Shown here in pieces: positions 1 through 10,073 of a stretch of 64,000 nucleotides of DNA. This DNA comes from Bacteroidota bacterium (GTDB taxonomy: Bacteria > Bacteroidota > Bacteroidia > JACCXN01). The stretch lies in NCBI GenBank assembly GCA_013696965.1, contig JACCXN010000035.1, positions 14,393 through 78,392 on the forward strand, written 5' to 3'. Below the pieces are notes generated by a model. The model ran no database searches. It was not told where the DNA came from and saw only the letters and a program-made list of their open reading frames with translations. Each line of letters opens with the position of its first letter. The stretch's first letter is position 1. The position numbers were made by a program, and so were the translations under genes.

Positions 1-27
1 CTGTTAATATCCAAAACCAGAATCAAT

Positions 28-1026
28 TTGAATGTAAGCCTTTTAAAACTTATTAAAAGCCTAAAGGGCGGTGAAAAGCTGAAAATCAATAGACGATTTT
101 CGGCTTTTCTTATTTGTTTGATTGTGGCTGCTGTTTTTTGGTTTCTAATGGCATTGTCTAAAAATTACAATGCTTTGATCAGCTTACCAGTGGTTTATCA
201 AAACCTTCCTGAAAATAAAATAATAACCAGCAGATTGCCCAAAACCATTTCAATCGAATTAAATGCCCTGGGATTTCACCTTCTTGGATATCAACTCAAG
301 TTTTACAGTGATACTGTTTTTGTTGATGTTGAAAATTTAAGCTTAAAGGAAACAGAAGGAAATTATGAAGCCAAACTTAGTACCAGCTCCAAACTCCACC
401 GCATTTCCCGGCAGTTTTCCCAGGAAATAAGAGTAAACAGAATACTGCCTGATACTATTTACTTTACTTTTGGCGATAAAAAATCGAAAGAAGTACCTAT
501 AAACTTAAATAAAATTATAAGTTTTGAAAAACAATACCGGCTTAGAGACCGCATAATTTTTTCACCTGCCAGCATTAAAATAACCGGGCTTGATAAACTT
601 GTTGATGGTGTTGAGTTTTTCGACACGGATTCGCTTATACTTTATCAATTGAACCAAACCCTTACAATACAGTTACCCTTAAAAATTCCTGAAGGTTATT
701 CTTCACTTGAATTTTCTGCCAAATCGGTTAATGTTACAATTCCTGTTGAAAAATACACCGAAGCATCTGTGGAAATTCCAATAGAAATGGTTAATCTTCC
801 CAATGATATGGCTATAAAAATTTTCCCTGAAAAAGTGAAGATCAGTTATGTTGTGGGTTTTGGTGATTTTGATAAGGTAAATTCCCAAATGTTCAGCGCA
901 CAGGTGGATTATTTAAAAAGAGATAATACAAACAGACTTGCAGTAGAAATAAGCAGGCATCCGGATTTTGTCCAGGTACTCAAAAAACAGCCCTTAAAGG
1001 TTGAATATCTTATTTTGAAAAAATGA
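28..1026 (+). CDS. YbbR-like domain-containing protein, with an N-terminal membrane anchor
   Basis: 332-aa ORF with an N-terminal hydrophobic segment (FLICLIVAAVFWFLMAL) followed by repetitive beta-rich modules of the YbbR-like type. Its stop overlaps the coaE start by 4 nt, a conserved arrangement in Bacteroidota. Confidence 0.55.
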   Translation: MNVSLLKLIKSLKGGEKLKINRRFSAFLICLIVAAVFWFLMALSKNYNALISLPVVYQNLPENKIITSRLPKTISIELNALGFHLLGYQLKFYSDTVFVDVENLSLKETEGNYEAKLSTSSKLHRISRQFSQEIRVNRILPDTIYFTFGDKKSKEVPINLNKIISFEKQYRLRDRIIFSPASIKITGLDKLVDGVEFFDTDSLILYQLNQTLTIQLPLKIPEGYSSLEFSAKSVNVTIPVEKYTEASVEIPIEMVNLPNDMAIKIFPEKVKISYVVGFGDFDKVNSQMFSAQVDYLKRDNTNRLAVEISRHPDFVQVLKKQPLKVEYLILKK

Positions 1027-1610
1027 TAAAGCTTGGTATTACTGGCGGAATTGGTAGCGGAAAAACCCTGGTTTGTTCAGTTTTCCATCATTTGGGAATC
1101 CCTTTTTACAATGCCGATTTAGAAGCTAAACGTCTTGTGAATTCAAATAAAGAAATTTCGGATTTTATAAAAAAAGAATTCGGAAAGGATCTTTTTACAA
1201 CCCAGGGTTTAGACAGAAAAAAACTTGCTGAATTAATTTTCAACAATCCCTCGGCACTTTCAGCACTCAATGCAAAGGTACATCCTGAAGTGAAAAAAGA
1301 CTTTGAGCTTTGGGTGCAAAAACAAAATCAAGCCCCTTATGTAATTAAAGAAGCAGCAATATTATTTGAATCTGGCGCATACAAGCACGTGGATAAAATA
1401 ATTACTGTAGTAGCCCCAGAAAACATAAGAATAGAAAGAGCAATAAAAAGGGATAATGTAACTGAAAGCGAAGTGAGAAAGAGAATGTCTTTCCAGAGTT
1501 CTGATGAATTTAAAGTGCAGAAATCCGATTTTGTTATTTCCAATGATGGTGTTTCTTTACTACTTCCCCAAATCATTCGCATTCATGAAAATATGCTGAG
1601 TTTGCCCTAA
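1023..1610 (+). CDS. coaE: dephospho-CoA kinase
   Basis: P-loop GITGGIGSGKT at the N-terminus and a length of 195 aa, with CoaE-like overall order. Translationally coupled to the upstream ORF. Confidence 0.9.
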   Translation: MIKLGITGGIGSGKTLVCSVFHHLGIPFYNADLEAKRLVNSNKEISDFIKKEFGKDLFTTQGLDRKKLAELIFNNPSALSALNAKVHPEVKKDFELWVQKQNQAPYVIKEAAILFESGAYKHVDKIITVVAPENIRIERAIKRDNVTESEVRKRMSFQSSDEFKVQKSDFVISNDGVSLLLPQIIRIHENMLSLP

Positions 1611-1782
1611 GCACTGGTTAAAAATTAAACTTGTTATTCAGATTAAAATTAACTAATTTTAATTTCAATGGAATTCCAATAAAAAATTACAAACTTAGTT
1701 TACATTTGTATAAAAACAGGAGAAATCGGTATTAAAGGTTTAGCATAAATCACCGGCATTATCTCAGATTAAAATAAAAACC

Positions 1783-4515
1783 ATGAAAAAGAAAATCGTT
1801 TTAGGCCTTTTGGGTCTTTTTGTATTGTTAATTGGAATAACAGTTTCCCTGCCTTTTATTTTCAAGGATAAAATAATTGCAAAAATAAAAACTGAGGCAA
1901 ATAAAAACCTCAAAGCTAAAGTTGATTTCAGTAAAGTTGAGCTAACCCTTATAAGCAGTTTTCCCAATTTCACGCTGGATCTGTATGATTTTAGTCTTAT
2001 TGGGCTTGATGAATTTGAAAACGATACACTCGCTTCAATTAAAACCCTTGGAATTACTATTGATATAATGAGTATCATAAAAGGCGATCAAATTAAAATC
2101 GTTTCTTTTTTAATGGATCAACCCTCCATTTTAGCTAAAGTTCTGGCTGATGGAAAAGCAAACTGGGATATAGCCCTTGAGGATTCCACAACTCCAGTTG
2201 AATCAGAAGATCCTACAGAGTTTAAAGCTTCTTTAAATAGTTATGAAATAATCAATGGAAAAATTGTTTACGATGACATCCCTGGTAATATGTATGCCGA
2301 ATTAATTGGATTTAACCATAAGGGAAGCGGTGATTTTACCCAGGATAATTTTATTTTGGAAACCATCACTAACATTGATCAACTTACATACAAATCAGAT
2401 GGGGTAAAAATGTTAAACAAGGTTAAAACTACTTTTAAAGCCGATCTTGATATGGATATGAAGAACATGAAATTCACATTCAAAGAAAATGAAGTTCAGC
2501 TAAACGAGTTGTTTATGGGCTTTGACGGATGGGTTTCCATGCCAACAGATGATATTGACATGGATATTACATTTTTTGCTAAAAAGACTGAATTTAAAAA
2601 TATTCTTTCTCTTGTTCCTGCCGTTTATTCCAATGATTTTGCTTCGGTTAAAACATCAGGAACACTTTCCCTGGATGGTTTTGTGAAAGGAAAATACAAT
2701 GAAACTACTATGCCTGGATTTGGAACAAAATTGCTTGTTGAAAATGCCATGTTTCAATATCCTGATCTTCCTAAAGCAGTTACTAACATTAATATTAATC
2801 TAGTGGTTGATAATAAAACCGGGGTTCCTGATCATACTATCGTTAACTTAAAACGATTTTATATGGAAATGGCTGAAAATCCTTTTGAAATGAAAATGCT
2901 TGTAACCACTCCTGTTTCAGATGCCAATATTGATGGTGTAATTAAAGGAAAGGTACTTCTTAGCAGTATAAAAGATATTGTGCCTTTAGAGCAGGGCGAA
3001 AGCATGAATGGTACAATTGTGGCCGATATTACCATGAAAGGACGAATGTCTTCAATAGAAAAAGAGCAATATGACCAGTTTAACCTTGCCGGAACATTAA
3101 TGGCAGTTGACATGGAATATAAAAGCAACGATACACCTTATGATGTTTTTATCAATAAAGCTTATCTTAATTTCTCTCCAAAATTTGTTGAACTTTCCAC
3201 TTTTGAATCAAAAATTGGCAAGAGCGATATTAATGCAAGTGGTAAGATTACGCATTTCATTGAATACATGTTCAAAGATGAAACCCTGGATGGTGTATTT
3301 GCGATGAATTCCAGATTAATGGATCTTAATGAATTTATGGCAGAGAGTGAAACACCCACAGCTTCCCAACCAACAAAAACCCCAACAGAGCAAGTACCAA
3401 TGAGTGTTATTGAAGTGCCTGGTAATATTAATTTTTTGTTTACTGCTGCAATTTCTAAAATGCTATACGATAATATGGAAATGGAAAATGTAACTGGTTC
3501 TATTAAGATAGCAGATAAGATGGTGGATATGAATAACCTGCGCATGAATATGCTGGGTGGAGCAATGGTAGTGAATGGAAGTTATGAAACAAAAGACCTT
3601 ACTAAACCAGGTATTGCATTCTCCCTTGATATTCAAAATTTTGACATTCAAAAAACTGTTCTGACTTTTAATACTGTTGAAAAACTTGCCCCGGTTGCTA
3701 AAAACAGCCACGGTAAATTTTCAACCAGCATGACTGTAAAAGGTATACTAGACGATAAAATGGAACCTGTACTGAATACACTTAATGGCGGTGGTAAACT
3801 ATCTACAGGAAATGTGGTTGTTACCAATTTTGAGCCCATAAGTAAAATGGCTGATGCCCTGAAAATGGAGCAGTATAAGAAATTAGCCCTCAATGATGTT
3901 AATCTTTCCTTTGAATTTAAAGAGGGAAAGGTTGTAGTGGAACCCTTTGATATTAAAATAGGGAATACAAATGCAAGGGTAGGAGGGAGCACCGGTTTTG
4001 ACCAAACCATTAATTATACATGGAATCTTGATGTGCCTCGCTCTGAATTTGGTGGGGCTGCAAATACTGCTTTAGCCGGACTTGTTTCCCAGGCAAAAGC
4101 TAAAGGAGCAAATGTTGATTTAGGCGACAGGATAAAAGTTGATGTGCTTGTTGGTGGAACTGTAACTGCTCCTACAATTAAAGTTGGATTAAAAGATATG
4201 GCAGATAATCTTGCTTCAGGTTTAAAAGATAAAGCAAAAGAAGAATTGGATAAGAAAAAAGCAGAACTTGAAGCCAAAGCACGTGAAGAGGCTGATAAAC
4301 TTAAAAAGAACGCCCAAGACAAGGTAAATGCAGAAACCGACAAAGCCAAAGCAGCTGCCCAGGCAGAAGCAGACAAGGCTAAAACAGAGGCGGAAGCAAA
4401 AGTTAAAGCAGAGGCTGATAAAATTAAAGCAGAGGCTGATCGTAAAAAACAGGAAGCTGAAGACAAAGCCAAGGAGGAAGCAAAAAAGAAACTGAAAGGT
4501 TTAATTAAACCTTAA
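1783..4515 (+). CDS. AsmA family protein (large N-terminally anchored envelope protein) with a C-terminal K/A/E-rich charged repeat tail
   Basis: 910 aa. N-terminal signal/anchor segment followed by a long beta-rich region typical of AsmA-like proteins. The last ~110 aa form a low-complexity KAEAD repeat region (EADKAKTEAEAKVKAEADKIKAEAD). Confidence 0.7.
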   Translation: MKKKIVLGLLGLFVLLIGITVSLPFIFKDKIIAKIKTEANKNLKAKVDFSKVELTLISSFPNFTLDLYDFSLIGLDEFENDTLASIKTLGITIDIMSIIKGDQIKIVSFLMDQPSILAKVLADGKANWDIALEDSTTPVESEDPTEFKASLNSYEIINGKIVYDDIPGNMYAELIGFNHKGSGDFTQDNFILETITNIDQLTYKSDGVKMLNKVKTTFKADLDMDMKNMKFTFKENEVQLNELFMGFDGWVSMPTDDIDMDITFFAKKTEFKNILSLVPAVYSNDFASVKTSGTLSLDGFVKGKYNETTMPGFGTKLLVENAMFQYPDLPKAVTNININLVVDNKTGVPDHTIVNLKRFYMEMAENPFEMKMLVTTPVSDANIDGVIKGKVLLSSIKDIVPLEQGESMNGTIVADITMKGRMSSIEKEQYDQFNLAGTLMAVDMEYKSNDTPYDVFINKAYLNFSPKFVELSTFESKIGKSDINASGKITHFIEYMFKDETLDGVFAMNSRLMDLNEFMAESETPTASQPTKTPTEQVPMSVIEVPGNINFLFTAAISKMLYDNMEMENVTGSIKIADKMVDMNNLRMNMLGGAMVVNGSYETKDLTKPGIAFSLDIQNFDIQKTVLTFNTVEKLAPVAKNSHGKFSTSMTVKGILDDKMEPVLNTLNGGGKLSTGNVVVTNFEPISKMADALKMEQYKKLALNDVNLSFEFKEGKVVVEPFDIKIGNTNARVGGSTGFDQTINYTWNLDVPRSEFGGAANTALAGLVSQAKAKGANVDLGDRIKVDVLVGGTVTAPTIKVGLKDMADNLASGLKDKAKEELDKKKAELEAKAREEADKLKKNAQDKVNAETDKAKAAAQAEADKAKTEAEAKVKAEADKIKAEADRKKQEAEDKAKEEAKKKLKGLIKP

Positions 4516-4575
4516 ATTAATTAGGGAGCAATAATTTTTAAATTCCCTGAATAATTAAATTTGTTTTTCAAACAA

Positions 4576-4610
4576 AAGAGCCTGCAGGTTAAATTGCAGG
4601 CTCTTTTTTA
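4576..4610 (+). terminator. rho-independent terminator downstream of the AsmA-like gene
   Basis: GC-rich inverted repeat agagcctgcag(gttaaat)tgcaggctct followed by a T-run (ttttttat). Confidence 0.65.
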
Positions 4611-4915
4611 TAAAACTATTTTTACTTTTTATTTCAAGCTTCAACAGTCAAAGGTGCTGTTATAGTCAGTGCTTTATGTTTTATTCTATCAATAACTTTC
4701 CTGTTGCAATAACATTGCCAGAACCACCGTAGGTTTTTTGAAAAGTTGTCTGTGCATTGATTCTCAAGCCAACAAAGGCGAGCAAAATTGTCAAGAGTAG
4801 TTTTGTTTTCATCTTATTTTATTTTTAATTCTTGTCGTTGTCAAAATGTGACTAATTGTCTGCCGAGAAATTGTCTGCCTGTCTTTTTTAGCATTGGCTA
4901 TAACTAGTTAAATTT

Positions 4916-5893
4916 TCAACTTCCCTTCCTGGGGTTGAAAATCTCGGCCATCATACAGCGGGCGCTGCCTCCTCCATACTTTTCTATATGGCTGATGTCG
5001 GCATAAAATATGGTTGCTTGGGCTTCAATTTTATTTATTTGATCAACAGTCAATGATTCATAACCTTGTTTGGACATTACCAGCAAAGGTTTTCCTGTTG
5101 TGGTTTTTAATTCCAACATATTTCCTGCAAAATTCAGCATTTGTTTAAGGCTAATTTCAACAATTGTTTTTCCTGTGGCAAGTAAAGAATTAAGTAAATT
5201 TTCCTTTTCCTTTTCATTTGAAATAGATTCAAGGCAGGCAATAGCAATTTTTTCACCCACTGCCATTAAAACATTTGTATGGTAAATGGGAACATCATTT
5301 TGATCAAAAGCCTGGAAACAAATTGAAGTATAGCCCAAATGCGCACAAAATAATTCGAGTACCTCCGGACTGGTCCGTGTTGAAAGGCAGGCATAAACTA
5401 TTTTATTTTGCCTATCAAGAATCATACTCCCCGTTCCCTCTAAGTATTTATCTTGCTTTTCAAAATAACTGAGATCGATGATTTCTGAAATTTCAAAACC
5501 ATATTCAGATTCAAGTGCGCTAATGATTTGTGTTTTTCTTTCCAGCCGCCTGTTATGGGCTTCCATTGGATAAAGAACAATTCTTCCATCTTCATGAAAA
5601 GTAATCCAGTTATTTGGAAATATTGAATCCGGTGTGTAAGGCGAAGGGGTATCATTAAAAGTGATGACTTCCATACCTGATTTTTTTAATCCCTCCACAA
5701 AATCATCGAACTCCTGCAATGCTTTTTCCTGAATTGTTTTTGCCCCTTGTGGCTCGGGAGCAACCTGGAAAGCATTTGTTAACGCAGTTTGTTCATTGTA
5801 ACCAAAGTTTAGCGGGCGTATCATTAATACAGTAGATGTTGTCTGTCTTTGAAATCCCTTATCCTTTAATTCCTGCTTACCTTTGTAATTCAT
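4916..5893 (-). CDS. amidinotransferase-fold hydrolase of the guanidino-group modifying enzyme superfamily (citrulline-utilisation hydrolase CtlX / arginine-deiminase-related type)
   Basis: 325 aa. C-terminal ...YGGGSARCMMAEI contains the conserved catalytic Cys near the C-terminus that is typical of the amidinotransferase/DDAH/ADI superfamily. Length and order fit the arginine deiminase-related proteins of Bacteroidota. Confidence 0.65.
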   Translation of the reverse strand: MNYKGKQELKDKGFQRQTTSTVLMIRPLNFGYNEQTALTNAFQVAPEPQGAKTIQEKALQEFDDFVEGLKKSGMEVITFNDTPSPYTPDSIFPNNWITFHEDGRIVLYPMEAHNRRLERKTQIISALESEYGFEISEIIDLSYFEKQDKYLEGTGSMILDRQNKIVYACLSTRTSPEVLELFCAHLGYTSICFQAFDQNDVPIYHTNVLMAVGEKIAIACLESISNEKEKENLLNSLLATGKTIVEISLKQMLNFAGNMLELKTTTGKPLLVMSKQGYESLTVDQINKIEAQATIFYADISHIEKYGGGSARCMMAEIFNPRKGS

Positions 5894-5936
5894 TTTCTAT
5901 TGTTAAAATCGTGTTTTTCATTGGAGTTCATCTGAT

Positions 5937-7388
5937 TCAGGCCCGTTCAAGGTATTTTTTTATGCAATGCAAGGAACCTGAATTTTCAATAAAAGGATGA
6001 AAATCCCCAAGCGAAATTACTTTAAAACCTAAATCTTTCCATATTTTTTTATTGTAATCATCTGTTTTTTTTAATTCTTTCCAATTACCATAACCATAGG
6101 TGGGAAGCCAAACCGTTTTAATTTCATAATTAATTATTTCAACAAGTGCATTGTTGCTGGTTGCAAAGTACCAGGTTCTTAACTTTTCTTTTTCATCATC
6201 AAAATAAATCAAGGGCAGGGGATTACGAATTACTTCAAACCCGGCTTTTATAAGGTTATTTGCAATGTTATCAAATAGCTCTGTCATGGCATAAGAAAGA
6301 ACGGGTAAATTTATTAATTCTGAAGCCAGTTTTGGATCCCCAACTAATATTCTGTACTTTCCATTTTCTGATCTTCCCGCGAGTGTTAAAAACATATCTA
6401 TATGGAAAATTGGCTGAACAGTTCCTCCTTCATTTTTCCGGTAATAATATTGTTTCCACCGCTCACCTTTATACTCAAAGTCACTTTCCTTGCTGGATGG
6501 AACCGGAAGTGTACAGCCAACATAAATTATCTTTCGGGTTCTATCTAAATACTTCTTGTATAAACGTGTTATAAGTTTCGATTTGGATTCTCCTTTTTTA
6601 GAAATAACCATACTACTTATGTATTTCAGGGATATTATAGGATGATCAGCTCCTATTAAAAAAAAATCATCTCCCACAAGAATGTTTCCTCCCTCAAAAT
6701 ACAATGGAATCTGGGTTCTTCCCCATTTAAGGTCCTTTGCAACAAAGTCAGCAATAAAACCATCCTCCCAACGTGGAAAAGAATGAGGTTCTATAAAATA
6801 ACTTTTATTGCTTACAGCGTCCTTAACAATGGCGTAGGCATCCTCAGCCCAAATAGTGAAATTTATGTAATCCGGAAATTCAATTAATCTAACTTGCTTG
6901 CCCATTTTTTTTTCTAGCATCCAGGCATTTAAAAACGCATGACAACCGTTTTGGGCAAGGATAATAATTTCTGTATGTTCCGGAAGTTTTTGAAATAACT
7001 CACTATAAACTGCCCAGTGTGGATTATCATCTCCTTCAATAATATAGTAGGGTATTGTGAAAAGTATTTTTTTGATTTTTCCCTCTGCACTGCTAACCAA
7101 GCTTGGGTGCTTGGGTTTTTTATCCAGATATTCATCTAAAAACAACAAGGAAAAAGCTCTTTTTTCCAATGATTTTTCAGAAACGTCATGCCAGGTGTGT
7201 GAAACAACGGCATCAACATCTTTGAAATGGCGTATTTTTAGTGGTAGTTCCTCCATTTTTGTGTAATCAAGTTTTATAAACCTTAATTTACGAAAATACC
7301 AGAGGATAAAAAAGTGTTTAAAAACAAACAAGCTGCATTTGTCTTGCAGCTTGTCTGGAAGGATAAAAAAATAATTTTCGGGGTTCAT
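5937..7388 (-). CDS. agmatine deiminase / Porphyromonas-type peptidylarginine deiminase family-like protein; the true start is probably internal
   Basis: C-terminus ...ENSGSLHCIKKYLERA matches the GGxIHCIT catalytic-Cys motif that ends agmatine deiminase (PAD_porph) family proteins. FHIDMFLT resembles the conserved HxD block. The first ~44 codons of the longest ORF look like non-coding translation, so a start at MEELPLKIRHF (about nt 7256) is plausible. Confidence 0.5.
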   Translation of the reverse strand: MNPENYFFILPDKLQDKCSLFVFKHFFILWYFRKLRFIKLDYTKMEELPLKIRHFKDVDAVVSHTWHDVSEKSLEKRAFSLLFLDEYLDKKPKHPSLVSSAEGKIKKILFTIPYYIIEGDDNPHWAVYSELFQKLPEHTEIIILAQNGCHAFLNAWMLEKKMGKQVRLIEFPDYINFTIWAEDAYAIVKDAVSNKSYFIEPHSFPRWEDGFIADFVAKDLKWGRTQIPLYFEGGNILVGDDFFLIGADHPIISLKYISSMVISKKGESKSKLITRLYKKYLDRTRKIIYVGCTLPVPSSKESDFEYKGERWKQYYYRKNEGGTVQPIFHIDMFLTLAGRSENGKYRILVGDPKLASELINLPVLSYAMTELFDNIANNLIKAGFEVIRNPLPLIYFDDEKEKLRTWYFATSNNALVEIINYEIKTVWLPTYGYGNWKELKKTDDYNKKIWKDLGFKVISLGDFHPFIENSGSLHCIKKYLERA

Positions 7389-7410
7389 CTAGCCCCCTTT
7401 AAACATAAAA

Positions 7411-9840
7411 TTAGTAAATGGCGGGAAACTTTAAAGGGTTAACTTCACTCATCAAAGCATAAACAATATCAAAAACATCGTCAATACCAGGTTTTGAAAA
7501 ATAATCACCATCTGTACCATAAGCAGGCCTGTGATTTTTTGCTGTTAAGGTTCTTGGTGCTGAATCCAAAAATTTATAAGCCTCTTGTTTCTCTAAAATT
7601 TGTTGAAGAATAAAACCAGAGGCCCCACCTTCTACATCCTCATCCAATATTACAAGCCTGTTTGTTTTTTTAACCGATTCCACCAGGGATTGAGATATAT
7701 CAAAAGGCAACAAGGTTTGTACATCAATTACCTCTACTGATATTCCTGATTCTAAAAGGTTTTTAGCCGCATCCAGTGCAATTCTGCAACATGAACCATA
7801 AGTAACCAGGGTAACATCCGATCCTTCATTTAATACCTCGGGAACTCCAAGGGGAATTTTAAACTCACCAAAATTAGCAGGCTTATTTTCTTTTAACCTG
7901 TATCCATTAAGTGGTTCAATAACAATTGCAGGATCATCTCCTTGTAAAAGTGTGTTGTAAAATCCTGCTGCCTGAGTCATGTTTCTTGGTACACAAACAT
8001 AAATTCCTCTTAGTGCGCCAACAATCATTCCCATAGGAGAGCCGGAATGCCAAATGCCTTCCAGGCGATGTCCTCTGGTACGAATAATTAAAGGAGCTTT
8101 TTGTCCTCCCTTTGTTCTGTATTGAAGTGTGGCTAAATCATCACTTAATATTTGCAATGCATACAAAAGGTAGTCAAGGTATTGAATTTCTGCTATTGGG
8201 CGCAAACCACGCATGGCCATTCCTATACCCTGCCCAATAATAGTCGCTTCTCGTATTCCTGTATCAGAAACCCTTATTTCACCATACTTTGCCTGTAGTC
8301 CCTCTAATCCTTGATTAACACCTCCAATTTTACCTGCATCTTCACCAAAAATAAGCACTTCAGGATATTTTGTCAATATAGAGTCAAAGTTATCACGAAG
8401 AATTTCTCTTCCATCTACTTGTTCCGATTCATTGTATTCAACTTTCAGCGCTTTTACTTTTAAGGCAGAAGTTCCCGATTCGCTATACAAACAGGAGTTG
8501 TAGCGTTCATAGCAGTCCTGGTTTGCCTTTTTAAGCCAATGATTTAAATTAGCTCTATTGGAATTTGCGGATTCCTCCCGTGTTAATCGGAGCACCTTTC
8601 TTACTGCTGAAAATATATCTTTTCTGGAAGGATCAATACTTGATGCCAGCTCTTTTTTAATTTGTGAAATTGTATCCCCTTTTGAACTGGAGGTAATAAT
8701 TTGTTCAAGTAAGCCATTTACCTCCGTAACTTCATTTTTTATTGGTTCCAGGTAAGCCTGCCATGCTGCATTTTTAGCCTCTCTTACAACTTTTCTTGCT
8801 TCTGATTCTAGGGAGTCCAGAATTTGGGGTGTTGCAATGGACTGTTCAATCATCCATTCGCGCATTTTTTTAATGCAATCGTATTCAGCCTCCCATTGGA
8901 GTCTTTCTTTTGATTTGTATCTTTCGTGTGAACCGGAAGTAGAATGGCCCTGTGGTTGTGTTACTTCCTCCACATGGATTAATACAGGAACATGTTCATT
9001 CCTGCAAACATCTATGGCTTCCTCATAAGTATTAATTAAATCAGCATAATTCCATGCCTTTACTTTGAAAATTTCATATCCGTTGGTTCCTTGTTCACGC
9101 TGAAACCCCGATAGTATACCTGAAATGCTTTCTTTTGTAGTTTGGTATTTTTTAGGCACAGAAATTCCATGGCCATCATCCCAGACAGAGATAGCCATAG
9201 GCACTTGCAAAACACCAGCTGCATTAAATGTTTCCCAAAACAAGCCCTCCGAAGTGCTGGCATCACCAATGGTACCGAAAGCAACTTCATTTCCTCCTGT
9301 AGTAAATTTGCTGAAATCCTTAAGATCCTTGTTATTCCTGTATACCTTTGATGCCTGAGCCAGCCCTAATAACCGTGGCATTTGGCCAGCGGTAGGAGAA
9401 ATATCGGCAGATGAATTTTTCATTTTTGAAATTTCTTTCCAACTACCATCTGCATTAAGACTTCTGGTGGCATAATGTCCATTCATTTGTCTTCCGCCTG
9501 AGGCCGGTTCTGCTTCAATATCCGTATGTGCATAAAGTTGAGCAAAAAACTGTTGAAGAGTTAATTCTCCAATGGCCATCATAAAGGTTTGATCGCGGTA
9601 ATAACCAGAGCGAAAATCACCATTTTTGAATTGTTTTGCCATAGCAATTTGAGGAATTTCCTTGCCATCTCCGAATATTCCAAATTTTGCCTTTCCTGTA
9701 AGCACTTCCTTTCTTCCCATTAAACTAGCTTCACGACTTTCTATGGCTATCCTATAATCATTCAATATTATTTGTTGTAATTCCTCTCTTGAGAATTCTT
9801 TTACATCTGCTACGCTTTCTGTTGCTTTAGTTGTGGCCAT
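7411..9840 (-). CDS. fused alpha/beta E1 component of a thiamine-diphosphate-dependent 2-oxoacid dehydrogenase
   Basis: 809 aa. The N-terminal half has an E1-alpha-like ThDP-binding region (GGRQMNGHY..., GDASTSEG). The C-terminal half is a transketolase-like E1-beta (IRTRGHRLEGIWHSGSPMGMIVG..., VIEPLNGYR). Fused E1 alpha/beta proteins of about 800 aa are common in Bacteroidota. No E2 or E3 gene lies nearby. Confidence 0.85.
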   Translation of the reverse strand: MATTKATESVADVKEFSREELQQIILNDYRIAIESREASLMGRKEVLTGKAKFGIFGDGKEIPQIAMAKQFKNGDFRSGYYRDQTFMMAIGELTLQQFFAQLYAHTDIEAEPASGGRQMNGHYATRSLNADGSWKEISKMKNSSADISPTAGQMPRLLGLAQASKVYRNNKDLKDFSKFTTGGNEVAFGTIGDASTSEGLFWETFNAAGVLQVPMAISVWDDGHGISVPKKYQTTKESISGILSGFQREQGTNGYEIFKVKAWNYADLINTYEEAIDVCRNEHVPVLIHVEEVTQPQGHSTSGSHERYKSKERLQWEAEYDCIKKMREWMIEQSIATPQILDSLESEARKVVREAKNAAWQAYLEPIKNEVTEVNGLLEQIITSSSKGDTISQIKKELASSIDPSRKDIFSAVRKVLRLTREESANSNRANLNHWLKKANQDCYERYNSCLYSESGTSALKVKALKVEYNESEQVDGREILRDNFDSILTKYPEVLIFGEDAGKIGGVNQGLEGLQAKYGEIRVSDTGIREATIIGQGIGMAMRGLRPIAEIQYLDYLLYALQILSDDLATLQYRTKGGQKAPLIIRTRGHRLEGIWHSGSPMGMIVGALRGIYVCVPRNMTQAAGFYNTLLQGDDPAIVIEPLNGYRLKENKPANFGEFKIPLGVPEVLNEGSDVTLVTYGSCCRIALDAAKNLLESGISVEVIDVQTLLPFDISQSLVESVKKTNRLVILDEDVEGGASGFILQQILEKQEAYKFLDSAPRTLTAKNHRPAYGTDGDYFSKPGIDDVFDIVYALMSEVNPLKFPAIY

Positions 9841-10073
9841 ATAAAATAAAAGTATCTGTTATTTGCTTAATTTGCGAAGATACTAATTTATCAACTTTTT
9901 TTAAAAAAAAATTTCCCCCTCAATATAGGTTCATGCCTTAGGCCTGCATAAGTGATTATTTACAGATTGTTCAAAAGAACAATAATGGATATTTAATTTT
10001 TTTTTTGTTTTTTTTATTAGATGGTTTTTTGAAGAGCATTATTTTAATGTTTTTCTGTAAGTGTAATTAAAAT

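Noticed and set aside
4014-4472. 152-aa minus-strand ORF rich in Ala/Ser/Leu, antisense to the end of the AsmA-like gene
   Set aside because: It lies entirely within the K/A/E-rich repeat-coding region of the plus-strand gene. Its low-complexity ASA repeats are the mirror image of the GCN/GAA repeats, so it is an antisense artefact.
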